Translations under genes and position numbers: made by a program
Shown: piece by piece, positions 1 to 8,425 of the stretch
Numbering within the stretch: the first letter of the stretch is position 1
Layout of the letters: each line of letters opens with the position of its first letter
NCBI RefSeq assembly: GCF_003231495.1
Contig: NZ_PQWO01000026.1
Coordinates: forward strand, 20,987-52,986
DNA length: 32,000 nucleotides
Direction of reading: 5' to 3'
Origin: Acaryochloris thomasi RCC1774
GTDB lineage: Bacteria > Cyanobacteriota > Cyanobacteriia > Thermosynechococcales > Thermosynechococcaceae
Notes under the pieces: generated by a model
Database searches by the model: none
The model's input: only the letters and a program-made list of their open reading frames with translations
Told to the model about the DNA's origin: nothing

Positions 1-90
1 AAGAACCAAGCGTTCGACGGGTTTAAGAGCGCGCCCTACATGGGATAAGACGGCCTGATTGACGTTATTGATCACGGCTTCAAAGTTCAT
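1..90 (-). CDS. Partial CDS: first 30 codons of a gene that continues past the left window edge; product unknown
   Basis: Reverse-strand ATG at 90-88 is followed by 30 sense codons (MNFEAVINNVNQAVLSHVGRALKPVERLVL), open to position 1. This is too short to assign a family. Confidence 0.35.
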   Translation of the reverse strand, partial: MNFEAVINNVNQAVLSHVGRALKPVERLVL

Positions 91-294
91 GTCCCACCCC
101 GTTATTACCCCTAGAGTTCATACTTTTCTGTACGCTTATTGTTAACAATGGTATGTTAATACCCTTGACACGTCAATAGTTCATATTGTATTAACTAAGT
201 TAATCTCTCGTTAAGTCCGAGGGGCAGCGCAGAATCAGTATCGTCCATAGGTATTAGGTTCCTGTTATCTATTAAACAAAGGAGTTTGAGGGCT

Positions 295-384
295 ATGAAA
301 TTAAGCACTAGCGCCACTATGACTGAGATAGGACGAAAAGCAGAAGTTAATAAGAAAGGATTATCTGCAAGTTCGGGAACCTAA
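295..384 (+). CDS. Candidate 29-codon small ORF (MKLSTSATMTEIGRKAEVNKKGLSASSGT)
   Basis: ATG at 295 sits 10 nt downstream of AAAGGAG (278-284), an unusually strong Shine-Dalgarno for this window. TAA at 382-384. It lies in an AT-rich divergent intergenic region. There is no homology evidence. Confidence 0.15.
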   Translation: MKLSTSATMTEIGRKAEVNKKGLSASSGT

Positions 385-558
385 ACAAAGCGATATTCAT
401 CTATGACTTTTAGTGAACAACTGCATAAGTTAATTTTGAGTTAATATTTCTGCAGCCCACTTACCATCGCACCCAACTGAAAGGGTAGACATTAGACCAA
501 GACAAGGCCAGCCACCGCTGCCGAATTAGACCCCTAATAGCACCCAGAGGAAAGAACG

Positions 559-1710
559 ATGAGTCAAATTAATCATCTCAATACCCATCTCAAGCTCGTC
601 AGAAAGTCCCGGCCCCCAATGCAAAAGAGCCGGAAGAGTAGTAAGGTGGAGCGCTTCTTACAGCTACAGATTGACCAGCTTGTCAGTCAACCTCAGATTA
701 AGTGGGCAAGAGTGGTCTGCGAAGATCCGTCATCGATCCACCATCAACTCGTGGCTCATGCCTCCCAGATCCCCTTCCAGATGTCTCGGGCGACCCTCGC
801 AACCATCCGAACTGAGGACTGGTTGACAGAGGTTTCTTCTCATTTGGGTTTAAATCCTGTTGCTGGACTGACGACCGGATTCTACTATTGCTCTCTTAAC
901 GATCAGAAACCGCAGTATTTGCTGCTCTTTATAGACGGATCTCCTTCTCATCTCTTGCGCCAGTGGATTAAGCGTACTTCTGAAGTTCTAGAGGAGTCTC
1001 TAGAGAGCTATCAACAGGCCGCAAAACAATCGCGCAAGATTGAATTGTTGGAAGAAGTTGTGCAGCGCGTGGGGCATCAACTCAGGCATCCGTTGAGCCT
1101 CATAAACCTGTATGCCAACAATCTAGCGGTGGTTCTACCTCAAGGGCCAGAGCAGGAGCAGGTCACTGTTATCAATCAAACTGCGCAAAGTCTCAACCAA
1201 ATGCTGACGGAGATTATGCAGTGCGCCAAAAATGACAAGCTGCAGCTCATTTCTCAAGATTTGCGAAGTCTAATGCAAGAGACGCTAGCAGATTTCCGAG
1301 GTTGGATTCAAGAGAAAGGAATTCGAGTCCGTTTACCTGAGCGCACGGTTAATCTGCCTCTTGATCCACTCCAGATTAAGCAGGCTTTCAATAATTTAAT
1401 CAGTAACGCCATTCACTTTAGCCCCGAAAACAGTGAGCTTTTGATCAACTGGGAGATGGCTCAGGGGAATGTACGGCTGAGTATTTCGGATGAGGGTCCA
1501 GGATTGCCGCAAGACGATCTAGATAATCTGTTTAAACCGTTTTTTACCCGTCGAGAAGGAGGAACAGGCCTGGGTCTAGCCATTGTCCAGAAAGTTGTCC
1601 GTGCTCACGGGGGCAAACTGTGGGCCAAGAATGTAGCCGGTCGCGGCGCAGAATTTTCAATGAGTTTACCCCGTCTATCTGCAAATCTATCCGAGGATAT
1701 CGCATGTTAA
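559..1710 (+). CDS. Sensor histidine kinase: soluble, uncharacterised N-terminal region plus HisKA and HATPase_c
   Basis: 383-aa ORF. H-box [13 protein letters not shown]-box [13 protein letters not shown]1 DEGPGLP, F-box FKPFFT, G2 [10 protein letters not shown]. No TM helix is evident. GAGG lies upstream of the ATG. Confidence 0.9.
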   Translation: MSQINHLNTHLKLVRKSRPPMQKSRKSSKVERFLQLQIDQLVSQPQIKWARVVCEDPSSIHHQLVAHASQIPFQMSRATLATIRTEDWLTEVSSHLGLNPVAGLTTGFYYCSLNDQKPQYLLLFIDGSPSHLLRQWIKRTSEVLEESLESYQQAAKQSRKIELLEEVVQRVGHQLRHPLSLINLYANNLAVVLPQGPEQEQVTVINQTAQSLNQMLTEIMQCAKNDKLQLISQDLRSLMQETLADFRGWIQEKGIRVRLPERTVNLPLDPLQIKQAFNNLISNAIHFSPENSELLINWEMAQGNVRLSISDEGPGLPQDDLDNLFKPFFTRREGGTGLGLAIVQKVVRAHGGKLWAKNVAGRGAEFSMSLPRLSANLSEDIAC

Positions 1711-2393
1711 ATCAAGCCGAAAAAACCAAGACTCTCTCTGCTGTATTGGTGGATGACGACCATCAGTTTCGAGCAGGTATCCGCTCTCTTCTCAATTTCT
1801 ATACTGTTCAAGATCAGTCCATTTCGGTTGTGGGAGAAGCCAATCGCCCCGATCTAGCCCTCTCTTTAGTGGGCGATAAGCAGCCTGACTTTGTTCTAAT
1901 TGATATGGAGCTAATTGGAGGAGATGGTCTCTCCTTGCTTCAGCAGATCCAGGACAGTGGTTCATCCTGTAAGACGCTTGTTCTGTCGGGCCACGAGGAA
2001 GATAGCTGGATTTACCAAGCCATGCAAACGGGCGCAGATGGCTATGTGTTCAAAAGCCAGGTAACCCAGCAGCTTCAAGATGCGATCGCATCCATCATGG
2101 ATGACCAAATCTATCTCCCCCCTGAAGTCGCCACAGGTTTCTTCCGCCGCTTTCAGACCACCCAAGCCTCTCTACCTAGTCAAATCGGTCAACCCTGCGA
2201 CCTGTCTGAGCGAGAAAATGAGGTTTTGTATTGGCTGGTGCAGGGCGCTTCAAATGTGGTTATTGCCAAAGAACTCTATATTTCTGTGGCCACGGTTAAA
2301 GCACATCTCACTAATATCTTTCTGAAGCTGCAGGTGACAAGCCGTACCCAAGCGATTGTGGCCGCCATCAAGATGAATCTAGTTCAGTCGTAG
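1704..2393 (+). CDS. NarL/FixJ-type response regulator (REC plus LuxR-type HTH)
   Basis: Receiver motifs [14 protein letters not shown] and KTLVLSGH. C-terminal Lux[45 protein letters not shown] prefer ATG 1704, which overlaps the kinase stop as ATGTTAA, over the track start at 1620. Confidence 0.9.
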   Translation: MLNQAEKTKTLSAVLVDDDHQFRAGIRSLLNFYTVQDQSISVVGEANRPDLALSLVGDKQPDFVLIDMELIGGDGLSLLQQIQDSGSSCKTLVLSGHEEDSWIYQAMQTGADGYVFKSQVTQQLQDAIASIMDDQIYLPPEVATGFFRRFQTTQASLPSQIGQPCDLSERENEVLYWLVQGASNVVIAKELYISVATVKAHLTNIFLKLQVTSRTQAIVAAIKMNLVQS

Positions 2394-2407
2394 CGTGTGA
2401 GGACTTT

Positions 2408-4498
2408 ATGTCGATTGTTGATCCTCTCACTCAAGCCTATCGATGTACCCAAAACACACCGCTGGGCTGCAAAAAACCGAGAGAGACCATTAAAGAGATC
2501 CCCGGTGCCAAGTTCTGTCTAGAATGTGGTTTTCCAACGCCGCTGCCTGCTCAGTCAGAAATACGGGGCCGTTTGGGAACCTATCGCATCTCCAACCTGC
2601 TCCGATCTCAAGGGCTGGGGCGACTCTATAAAGCGATTCAGATCAGTAATGGTCAACCCGTAGTCGTGAAGGAATTTTTGCTGCCTAACCGCTGTTTTAA
2701 TTCTGCTGAGGCAGCTCAGCGGCGGTCAGTCGTACGTCAAATGCCATTCAATACGTCCAAGAGTCGCGAGTTTCGGGTAATCACACCCGTCGAAGCTATT
2801 GCGGATCCGAGTTGCGATCGCATCCACCTCATCTTCCCCAACTCAACAGCATCCACCTCCACACTCAAGCAAACGCTACAAAAATCAGGAGCCTTTCCCT
2901 CTGACAAAACTCGCCAAGTGCTATTACAGGTTTTGCAAACCCTACACTTTATCCATAATCAGTCCACTGCTGGCGCGAAGCCTTTCGGCGCAGCCCACGG
3001 TAACTTGAGCCTCAATAGTCTCCTTATCAGCGATGATGCCTATGTCTACACTTGTGACTTAGCAGACTGGGAACAACTTTTTACGACGGCTTCGCCCCAG
3101 GCATCGTCACCTGCACAGGATTTAATCGATCTCGGATTGATAGGCTTCTCCCTATGGACGGGACAGGCAATAGAGTCTGGCGCATTGCCCAATCTCAGAG
3201 AGACCCAACATTGGCCCCAGGATGATCCACCCCTCAAAGACTTTCTGCACCGCTTACTTGCCTTAGATGCACCTTTTGAGAATGCGGCCGAAGCGCGGCA
3301 GATGTTACTCAAACTCCCACAACCTGATTCAGCAAGGATTGTGCAAGCGAATCGAGAGCCAGAAAAAAAGCGTAAAAAGCGTTCTCGAAAATATTGGTTG
3401 TTGAGTTTGCTAGCCTTACCCATTTTGGGAGGATTACTGTGGCTAATCTTGCCTCGCTCTAGCTCCCATGCTGAGTCCAATCAGTTTAAGCGTCTGCTGC
3501 CCTCGTTTGCCGATGTGAATGGGATTCAGCCCGGACAGTATCCCTACACAGGGGAAGCACTGGGAACCTGGAGTACAGTTTTGGGGAAAAAGCCGGTCAG
3601 CGATCGCAACATCAGAACTTTGCTCACTCAACCTAAATCAGATGTTGAAGCAACGTTTGAGTATCGTGGGTATCGTCCTGAGCGGTCGCCACTGAATGAG
3701 GTGCTGACAGCGAATGGGAAAGCTGAGTTTGCGATCGCAAGTCTATCCACTCAACTTCCCGACGGCTTACTTCAGGAACCCATCGCCTACGATGGTCTTT
3801 TGGTCTACGTCCCTGCCTACAAAAGCAAAAATCTACCGCATCTCCTGAACGGTCAGATTAGCCTTGAGCAACTACAGCAAATTTTCACCGGGCAGATCAC
3901 CAACTGGCAACAGCTCGATTCTGGTTTGCCGGACCTACCCATTAAGCCCTATCGCCCCAAAGAACCTGAAGCCCTGCGTCTATTTCAACAGAAAGTCTTA
4001 GAGAATGATCCACAACTGATTGCCCAGTTTAGAAAAGTTGAGCAACGGTCCACCTTTGATACCCTGCGCTCCATTGCGACAGGGGAACAGCAGAGCGAAG
4101 CAGGCTCTATTAGTTTCGGCCTCTTGACCCAGACCTGGGACCAATGCAAAGTCTATCCTCTAGCCTTGAGCCAGAACAATAAAACACCAGTGCAGCCTTT
4201 GCTGCGGCAAACGACCAGTGGGATCGTGAAGTCGATCTCACCCACAGACAATCTTTGCCTAGAAAAAAAGCCGCTTCCCAACCTATCGGTCTTTCAATCC
4301 GGACAATATCCGCTCAACATGCCCCTGATCGTGGCCTATCCCCTTGACAACAATCTTCCTGGGCATAACTCAGGTCCACTCTTTGCTAAATTTCTCAAAA
4401 CGCAAGATGGGCAGTATCTCCTCCAGCAAGCAGGGCTAGTCCCCCTCCAGTCCACGCCCAAAACGCATCAATTATCACAGCCTATTGTCAATCGCTAG
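2408..4498 (+). CDS. Multidomain membrane protein: N-terminal zinc ribbon, degenerate Ser/Thr-kinase-like (pseudokinase) domain, one TM helix, C-terminal PstS-like periplasmic binding domain
   Basis: 696-aa ORF. C-x7-C-x15-C-x2-C near the N-terminus. Kinase-like GLGRLY and VVVKEF, but HGN (codons at 2996-3004) where HRD is expected and DLA where DFG is expected. KKRKKRSRK is followed by hydrophobic YWLLSLLALPILGGLLWLILP. C-terminal ISLEQLQQIFTGQITNWQQL resembles the PstS/PBP-like signature. Confidence 0.8.
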   Translation: MSIVDPLTQAYRCTQNTPLGCKKPRETIKEIPGAKFCLECGFPTPLPAQSEIRGRLGTYRISNLLRSQGLGRLYKAIQISNGQPVVVKEFLLPNRCFNSAEAAQRRSVVRQMPFNTSKSREFRVITPVEAIADPSCDRIHLIFPNSTASTSTLKQTLQKSGAFPSDKTRQVLLQVLQTLHFIHNQSTAGAKPFGAAHGNLSLNSLLISDDAYVYTCDLADWEQLFTTASPQASSPAQDLIDLGLIGFSLWTGQAIESGALPNLRETQHWPQDDPPLKDFLHRLLALDAPFENAAEARQMLLKLPQPDSARIVQANREPEKKRKKRSRKYWLLSLLALPILGGLLWLILPRSSSHAESNQFKRLLPSFADVNGIQPGQYPYTGEALGTWSTVLGKKPVSDRNIRTLLTQPKSDVEATFEYRGYRPERSPLNEVLTANGKAEFAIASLSTQLPDGLLQEPIAYDGLLVYVPAYKSKNLPHLLNGQISLEQLQQIFTGQITNWQQLDSGLPDLPIKPYRPKEPEALRLFQQKVLENDPQLIAQFRKVEQRSTFDTLRSIATGEQQSEAGSISFGLLTQTWDQCKVYPLALSQNNKTPVQPLLRQTTSGIVKSISPTDNLCLEKKPLPNLSVFQSGQYPLNMPLIVAYPLDNNLPGHNSGPLFAKFLKTQDGQYLLQQAGLVPLQSTPKTHQLSQPIVNR

Positions 4499-4511
4499 GA
4501 AGAATATCATC

Positions 4512-5054
4512 ATGGGAACCCATCGCTGTCCCGAGCCAAGTTGCTCCTTTTTTAATCAGGTACTACCCCACAATGCCAAAGTCTGCCCCATGTGTGGCAC
4601 CCCCCTCGGGCAGGCTGTCCAAACCCTACCAGAAACAAGAAATTCCTACCCTCAGCCCTTTTCTTTACCGACCCAATCGGCTGACATACCAGTCGATCAG
4701 CCTCGCCCGCAAATACAGCTACACCATGCCAGTGGAGCAAGCTTTGTGCTGATTAGAGAATCGGGCATCATCGGTCGACAGAACTCAACAAGTGGGACTC
4801 GTCCCGAGATTGATTTAACCAATGTTCCCCATGCAGGGGTCATCTCTCGCACCCATGCTCACCTCTTTTGGGATGCAGGACAAAGCACCTACATGGTGAT
4901 TGATGACAGTCGTAACGGCAGCTACCTCAATGGAGAACTCCTTTCTCGGGGTGCACCTCATCCCATTCATCAGGGAGATGAACTGCAGTTAGGTCAAGAT
5001 CGACTGATTTGCCTTCAGATCGAACTGAAGCAACCAGCAAATCAGTTTGCGTAG
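4512..5054 (+). CDS. Zinc-ribbon plus FHA domain protein
   Basis: C-x4-C-x13-C-x2-C (HRCPEPSC...VCPMCG) at the N-terminus. C-terminal FHA signature GRQN...IDL...VSRTHAHLFW...YMVIDDSRNGSYLNGELL. I prefer ATG 4512, preceded by AGGAAG, over the TTG at 4485. Confidence 0.85.
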   Translation: MGTHRCPEPSCSFFNQVLPHNAKVCPMCGTPLGQAVQTLPETRNSYPQPFSLPTQSADIPVDQPRPQIQLHHASGASFVLIRESGIIGRQNSTSGTRPEIDLTNVPHAGVISRTHAHLFWDAGQSTYMVIDDSRNGSYLNGELLSRGAPHPIHQGDELQLGQDRLICLQIELKQPANQFA

Positions 5055-5378
5055 CGTCTTAGTTTACCAACGGTCAAAAAATTGGTCCAACATCTAGGTC
5101 ATTGGGCAAATACCTCCAAATAGTGAAGGAATTTCTACGACAATAATGAACACCTCAATAAAGCGGGCTTTCGCAATGACGAAGGTCCAAACATCAAACA
5201 CAACCAGGGTATTGAGTAAAATATTTTCTTCGGTACTACACGAGTTACCAGCAATGATCACAACAGGATATGCCGATCAGCTGCATCTATGAAAAGAATG
5301 CTTACACCGAGAATTTAAATCCTCACTCCTTAGTTGAACACGACTAAGGCTCATAAGTTTCTACCCAGGAATGATCTT

Positions 5379-6314
5379 ATGTATTCAGAATCAAGACAAG
5401 CACCAGCAAGACAAGACTCACGACGACAATCACCACGACTAGTAGAAAAAAGAGGGCGAGATAGCAGTGAGGATAATGATACCCAGAGAAATCTAAGATC
5501 TAGACATAATAGGAATTTACTTGCAGGAATAACTCAAGTTCACCCAAGCCCCGACGAAGAAGTCAATAACTGCCATGAAAGATCTAATTATTATCGTGAG
5601 AATGTCAGTACTGTTGAAAGAGACGGGGAAGAAATAGAAATATATGATCTGAATACCATTAGCAAGAAAAAGTATGATCAAGCATCTAAAGGAGCACGCG
5701 TTACCAAAGAGACGGGACACACGAGCATTGCTCTTCAAAAGGGTGAAAAGCGAAAAGACTGGGTGATCAATGAGTCAGTCCTTGAATGGAACTCAATTCA
5801 AAAAAGGTTCGTAGCAAAAAGAAATTTCAAATTACCAGTAAGCTGTATTGAATCTACAGAACATATTATTAATTACGCAGACGAACAAAAAATTGAAGAC
5901 TGGGACAAGGATGATAAAAACAAAAAAGTCAATCTTTATTTGGGGTCAAATAAGCATGGCGATAAAAATCGTAAAGCCTTTAGCATAAGTGAAAATAATA
6001 TAAGCACAGAAAACCTGCCTAAACAGCCTAAAAGCTATAACTTCGACACCTCAAACTTAAATATAAATGAAGGACTTATGGTTTTTAATCCTGATGAACC
6101 AGAAAGCTCAATTCACGCTGTTGCAGTCGTAGGCATAAACTCTGTAAACAAACACATTATTGTTGTCGAGCGAAATGCTGGATACACCTCGGGTGGAGCA
6201 AATTTTGTTGATAATAATTGGCTAATAAATTCTTATGATTCACCTAACGCGTTTAAGCTAGATGTATCTGGTGATGACAAAGAACTAGTCATTGGTAAGC
6301 TAAAAGCTGGATGA
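5379..6314 (+). CDS. Hypothetical protein (ORFan): Arg/Ser/Asp-rich disordered N-terminus and a possible papain-like Cys/His/Asn C-terminal domain
   Basis: Long ORF in an AT-rich stretch; the track start is TTG 5334. ATG 5379 is preceded by AGGA. Lys/Asn-rich translation. Motifs are VSCIES (Cys codon 5844-5846) and IHAVAVVGI...IIVVERNAG (His codon 6114-6116). Confidence 0.6.
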   Translation: MYSESRQAPARQDSRRQSPRLVEKRGRDSSEDNDTQRNLRSRHNRNLLAGITQVHPSPDEEVNNCHERSNYYRENVSTVERDGEEIEIYDLNTISKKKYDQASKGARVTKETGHTSIALQKGEKRKDWVINESVLEWNSIQKRFVAKRNFKLPVSCIESTEHIINYADEQKIEDWDKDDKNKKVNLYLGSNKHGDKNRKAFSISENNISTENLPKQPKSYNFDTSNLNINEGLMVFNPDEPESSIHAVAVVGINSVNKHIIVVERNAGYTSGGANFVDNNWLINSYDSPNAFKLDVSGDDKELVIGKLKAG

Positions 6315-6543
6315 GACAGAGATAAAAGTAAATAATTTCATTGAAACACGTACTGACCAGCGTAAGCTTTACACGAACTTCTGCATCAACCTAAAGCTTT
6401 AACTCTTGATTTTTCTTGTAAAATAACGCCTAATTTAATCAGTTTTTTTAACAAGCGTACTTCAATCCTCTTTTAGATAGGGAGTCAACAGCTATAGAAT
6501 ATAGATTTTAATATTAAATATCTGGATCGCCATCAAGTTTGCA

Positions 6544-7440
6544 TCAATCAAATAATCGATTAAAGAATGCTCCCCAGCCTGAGGAGCTTTTTTGTCCAGG
6601 TTTAGACATCGCTTCTAAGTCAGCTTTTGACGACTCCTGTCCCTCTTTTGCTGCCGCTAGATCAGTGGCATATCTGTCCGCAATACTCGATCCTGTATAT
6701 TTTGCTTCGTACACCCTGTATTTTCCAAATTCACGGTAGCCAATCTCATCCACTCCTCCCTCATCAGTTTGATCAATCCATGCACTTTCATTAGCGGCTT
6801 TTCCAAGGAAAAGGAGATCGATGGAACCAATAGGAGAGTCAACCCAATAGTGACTGGTGAAGACCCAATGCTTTCCACCATCGACGTTCCCTGTGGCATT
6901 GTTTTGATCCAAAACTTTCCCGCCTCCAGGGACAAAAAAGTCTTTCGTCTTAGAACAGACCTCTAAATTCTCAATACCAAAGTACTCGTGGGCAATTTTG
7001 ACATAGGCTCTTGCCAGCGTACTGCAGTCTCCATCTTTTCTTCCCTTAAGAAAAGCCTCGGGTGCGGTAGCAGCCATACTGTAAGTAAATCCAGATTTGA
7101 GAAATGCCTCCTTTAATGCCTGCAGGCTTTTTTGCGGATCGGTTTCATTGATCTGTTCCACCATCTTGGCTGCGACTGGATAGTCTTGTAAGAATTTTTC
7201 TCTTTCAGCGCTTGTATCAGGCTCCACTAAATCCGATGCTGAGGTGCCTCGTTTAGGAGGATAAGCGGAGACCTTGCTCAGTACATTGCTAGTTCCAGCA
7301 TCACCCTGTCTACTGGGTCGTGACGTTTCTTGGGTCGTTCTTCGTGATGTTACGCCATCTGCACTGCGCCCTCGCTCTGGCGTTGGTGCTTGTCGTCGTA
7401 GACGATCAGAGGAAGAGTCTGAAGATTGTCGCTGGAACAT
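6544..7440 (-). CDS. Hypothetical protein: Arg/Ser/Thr-rich disordered N-terminus and a possible transglutaminase-like Cys/His/Asp core
   Basis: 298-aa ORF convergent with the previous gene. GDCSTLARAYVKIAHEYFGIEN (Cys codon 7024-7026) resembles the G-x-C-x-x-[FL]-A...GI motif of the transglutaminase-like core. It is followed about 58 aa later by HYWVDSPIGSIDLLF (His codon 6850-6852). Confidence 0.65.
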   Translation of the reverse strand: MFQRQSSDSSSDRLRRQAPTPERGRSADGVTSRRTTQETSRPSRQGDAGTSNVLSKVSAYPPKRGTSASDLVEPDTSAEREKFLQDYPVAAKMVEQINETDPQKSLQALKEAFLKSGFTYSMAATAPEAFLKGRKDGDCSTLARAYVKIAHEYFGIENLEVCSKTKDFFVPGGGKVLDQNNATGNVDGGKHWVFTSHYWVDSPIGSIDLLFLGKAANESAWIDQTDEGGVDEIGYREFGKYRVYEAKYTGSSIADRYATDLAAAKEGQESSKADLEAMSKPGQKSSSGWGAFFNRLFD

Positions 7441-7590
7441 GCAAAACCTTGTACTAAGAAGAAAATAGGAAACAATGAATCAAGCCGAGTCTATCTAAAC
7501 CGACACAGAGAAGCAGATGTATTTAGTAATGAGAACGGGAAGCACTGTTTCTGCAATTAAGGCCGATGTCTCGCTCTATGCTCCTGCTCA

Positions 7591-7785
7591 TTATCTCGAG
7601 CCGACAAAAGACATGAGGGGCTGATGGCGAGTTTCTGCCGCTTGCCGTGCAATTCTCACTGCAGACTGATAGTGAGAGACGAGACAGATTAGTTCAGAAT
7701 CGGTCGGTTTTTCCTGTTCAGTTCGCAACTCTATGCCCTGGGAGGTTTGATAAATCGCAAAAGGCTTAGCTGTGGGGATAGCCAT
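7591..7785 (-). CDS. Hypothetical small protein (64 aa)
   Basis: This is the only ORF over 60 codons in the 560-bp gap upstream of the baseplate operon. The composition looks native. No recognisable motif and no clear RBS. Confidence 0.25.
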   Translation of the reverse strand: MAIPTAKPFAIYQTSQGIELRTEQEKPTDSELICLVSHYQSAVRIARQAAETRHQPLMSFVGSR

Positions 7786-8002
7786 ACTGCCTGAGTTAAG
7801 TACATCAAACTGGACTCTACAGCTTTCCTTAGAGAGTTCCTTGCTACCTTCGGATAGATTGGGTGACGCTATGCCGCCGAATTATCAATGAATCTACGTT
7901 TGTGGCCATATCATCCTTTGCGTACCTAGACTTTCGACTGATAGAGACTTACTGATTGCCAGATAGTCTGATTCTCATACCCGAATTCTGAGGGCAAAAA
8001 GT

Positions 8003-8425
8003 ATGGCATATCTCATAGGTGAGCAGCCACAAGAACATCTGGGGACAGGTCTAGCTTTTCCCTTACAGGTCAATGTGCAGGGCGGACTCCAGCTCAGCTC
8101 TGAGGCCCAGAAAGTCAAAGAGTCGATCTGGCTGATCTTGCGAACTGATCTAGGAGAGCGTCTGTATCGCCCTAACTTTGGCTGTCGGCTATCAGAATTG
8201 GCGTTCGCCCCCATGAATACCGATACGCTGCTGCGAATTCGAATCTATGTGCAAGAGGCACTACAAACCTGGGAGCCTCGGATTCTACTTGATGAGGTGC
8301 GCACAGATACCGACTCGATCAGGGGACGGGTCAATATCGTGATCAACTACCGTCTCAAGTCTCATCCTGATCCCTACAGTTTTGTCTATCCGTTCTATTT
8401 ACAGTCAGAGGTTGAGGAAGACTAA
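8003..8425 (+). CDS. GPW/gp25-family baseplate wedge protein
   Basis: 140 aa. LGTGLAFPL...ESIWLILRTDLGERLYRPNFGCRLSELAFAPMN is the classic gp25/GPW signature (G-x-G-x-x-FP ... GER...P.FG). Confidence 0.92.
   Translation: MAYLIGEQPQEHLGTGLAFPLQVNVQGGLQLSSEAQKVKESIWLILRTDLGERLYRPNFGCRLSELAFAPMNTDTLLRIRIYVQEALQTWEPRILLDEVRTDTDSIRGRVNIVINYRLKSHPDPYSFVYPFYLQSEVEED

Noticed and set aside
1620-1703. The upstream extension of the response regulator ORF (track start 1620)
   Set aside because: The extension lies entirely inside the kinase coding region and translates to Arg-rich sequence. ATG 1704 gives a canonical receiver N-terminus and an ATGTTAA coupling overlap.
3046-3631. Antisense ORFs inside the pseudokinase gene; similar shadow ORFs occur at 9592-10175, 15713-16086, 20617-20856, 23604-24099 and 26607-27565
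   Set aside because: These lie opposite or out of frame to long genes with clear family signatures. Their translations are low-complexity (Arg/Ser/Pro/Cys-rich). They are typical shadow ORFs of moderately GC-rich coding DNA.
6364-6399. 8-bp inverted repeat AAGCTTTA / TAAAGCTT between the two convergent island genes, considered as a bidirectional terminator
   Set aside because: The loop is 20 nt, the stem is AT-rich, and no clean T-tract follows on both strands. It is too weak to call.
5055-7990. Absence of HIP1 sites in the island, considered as evidence for horizontal transfer
   Set aside because: Equally long HIP1-free stretches cover native-looking genes elsewhere in the window, so this is not discriminating. 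The AT-rich composition of 5100-6540 is the better argument.
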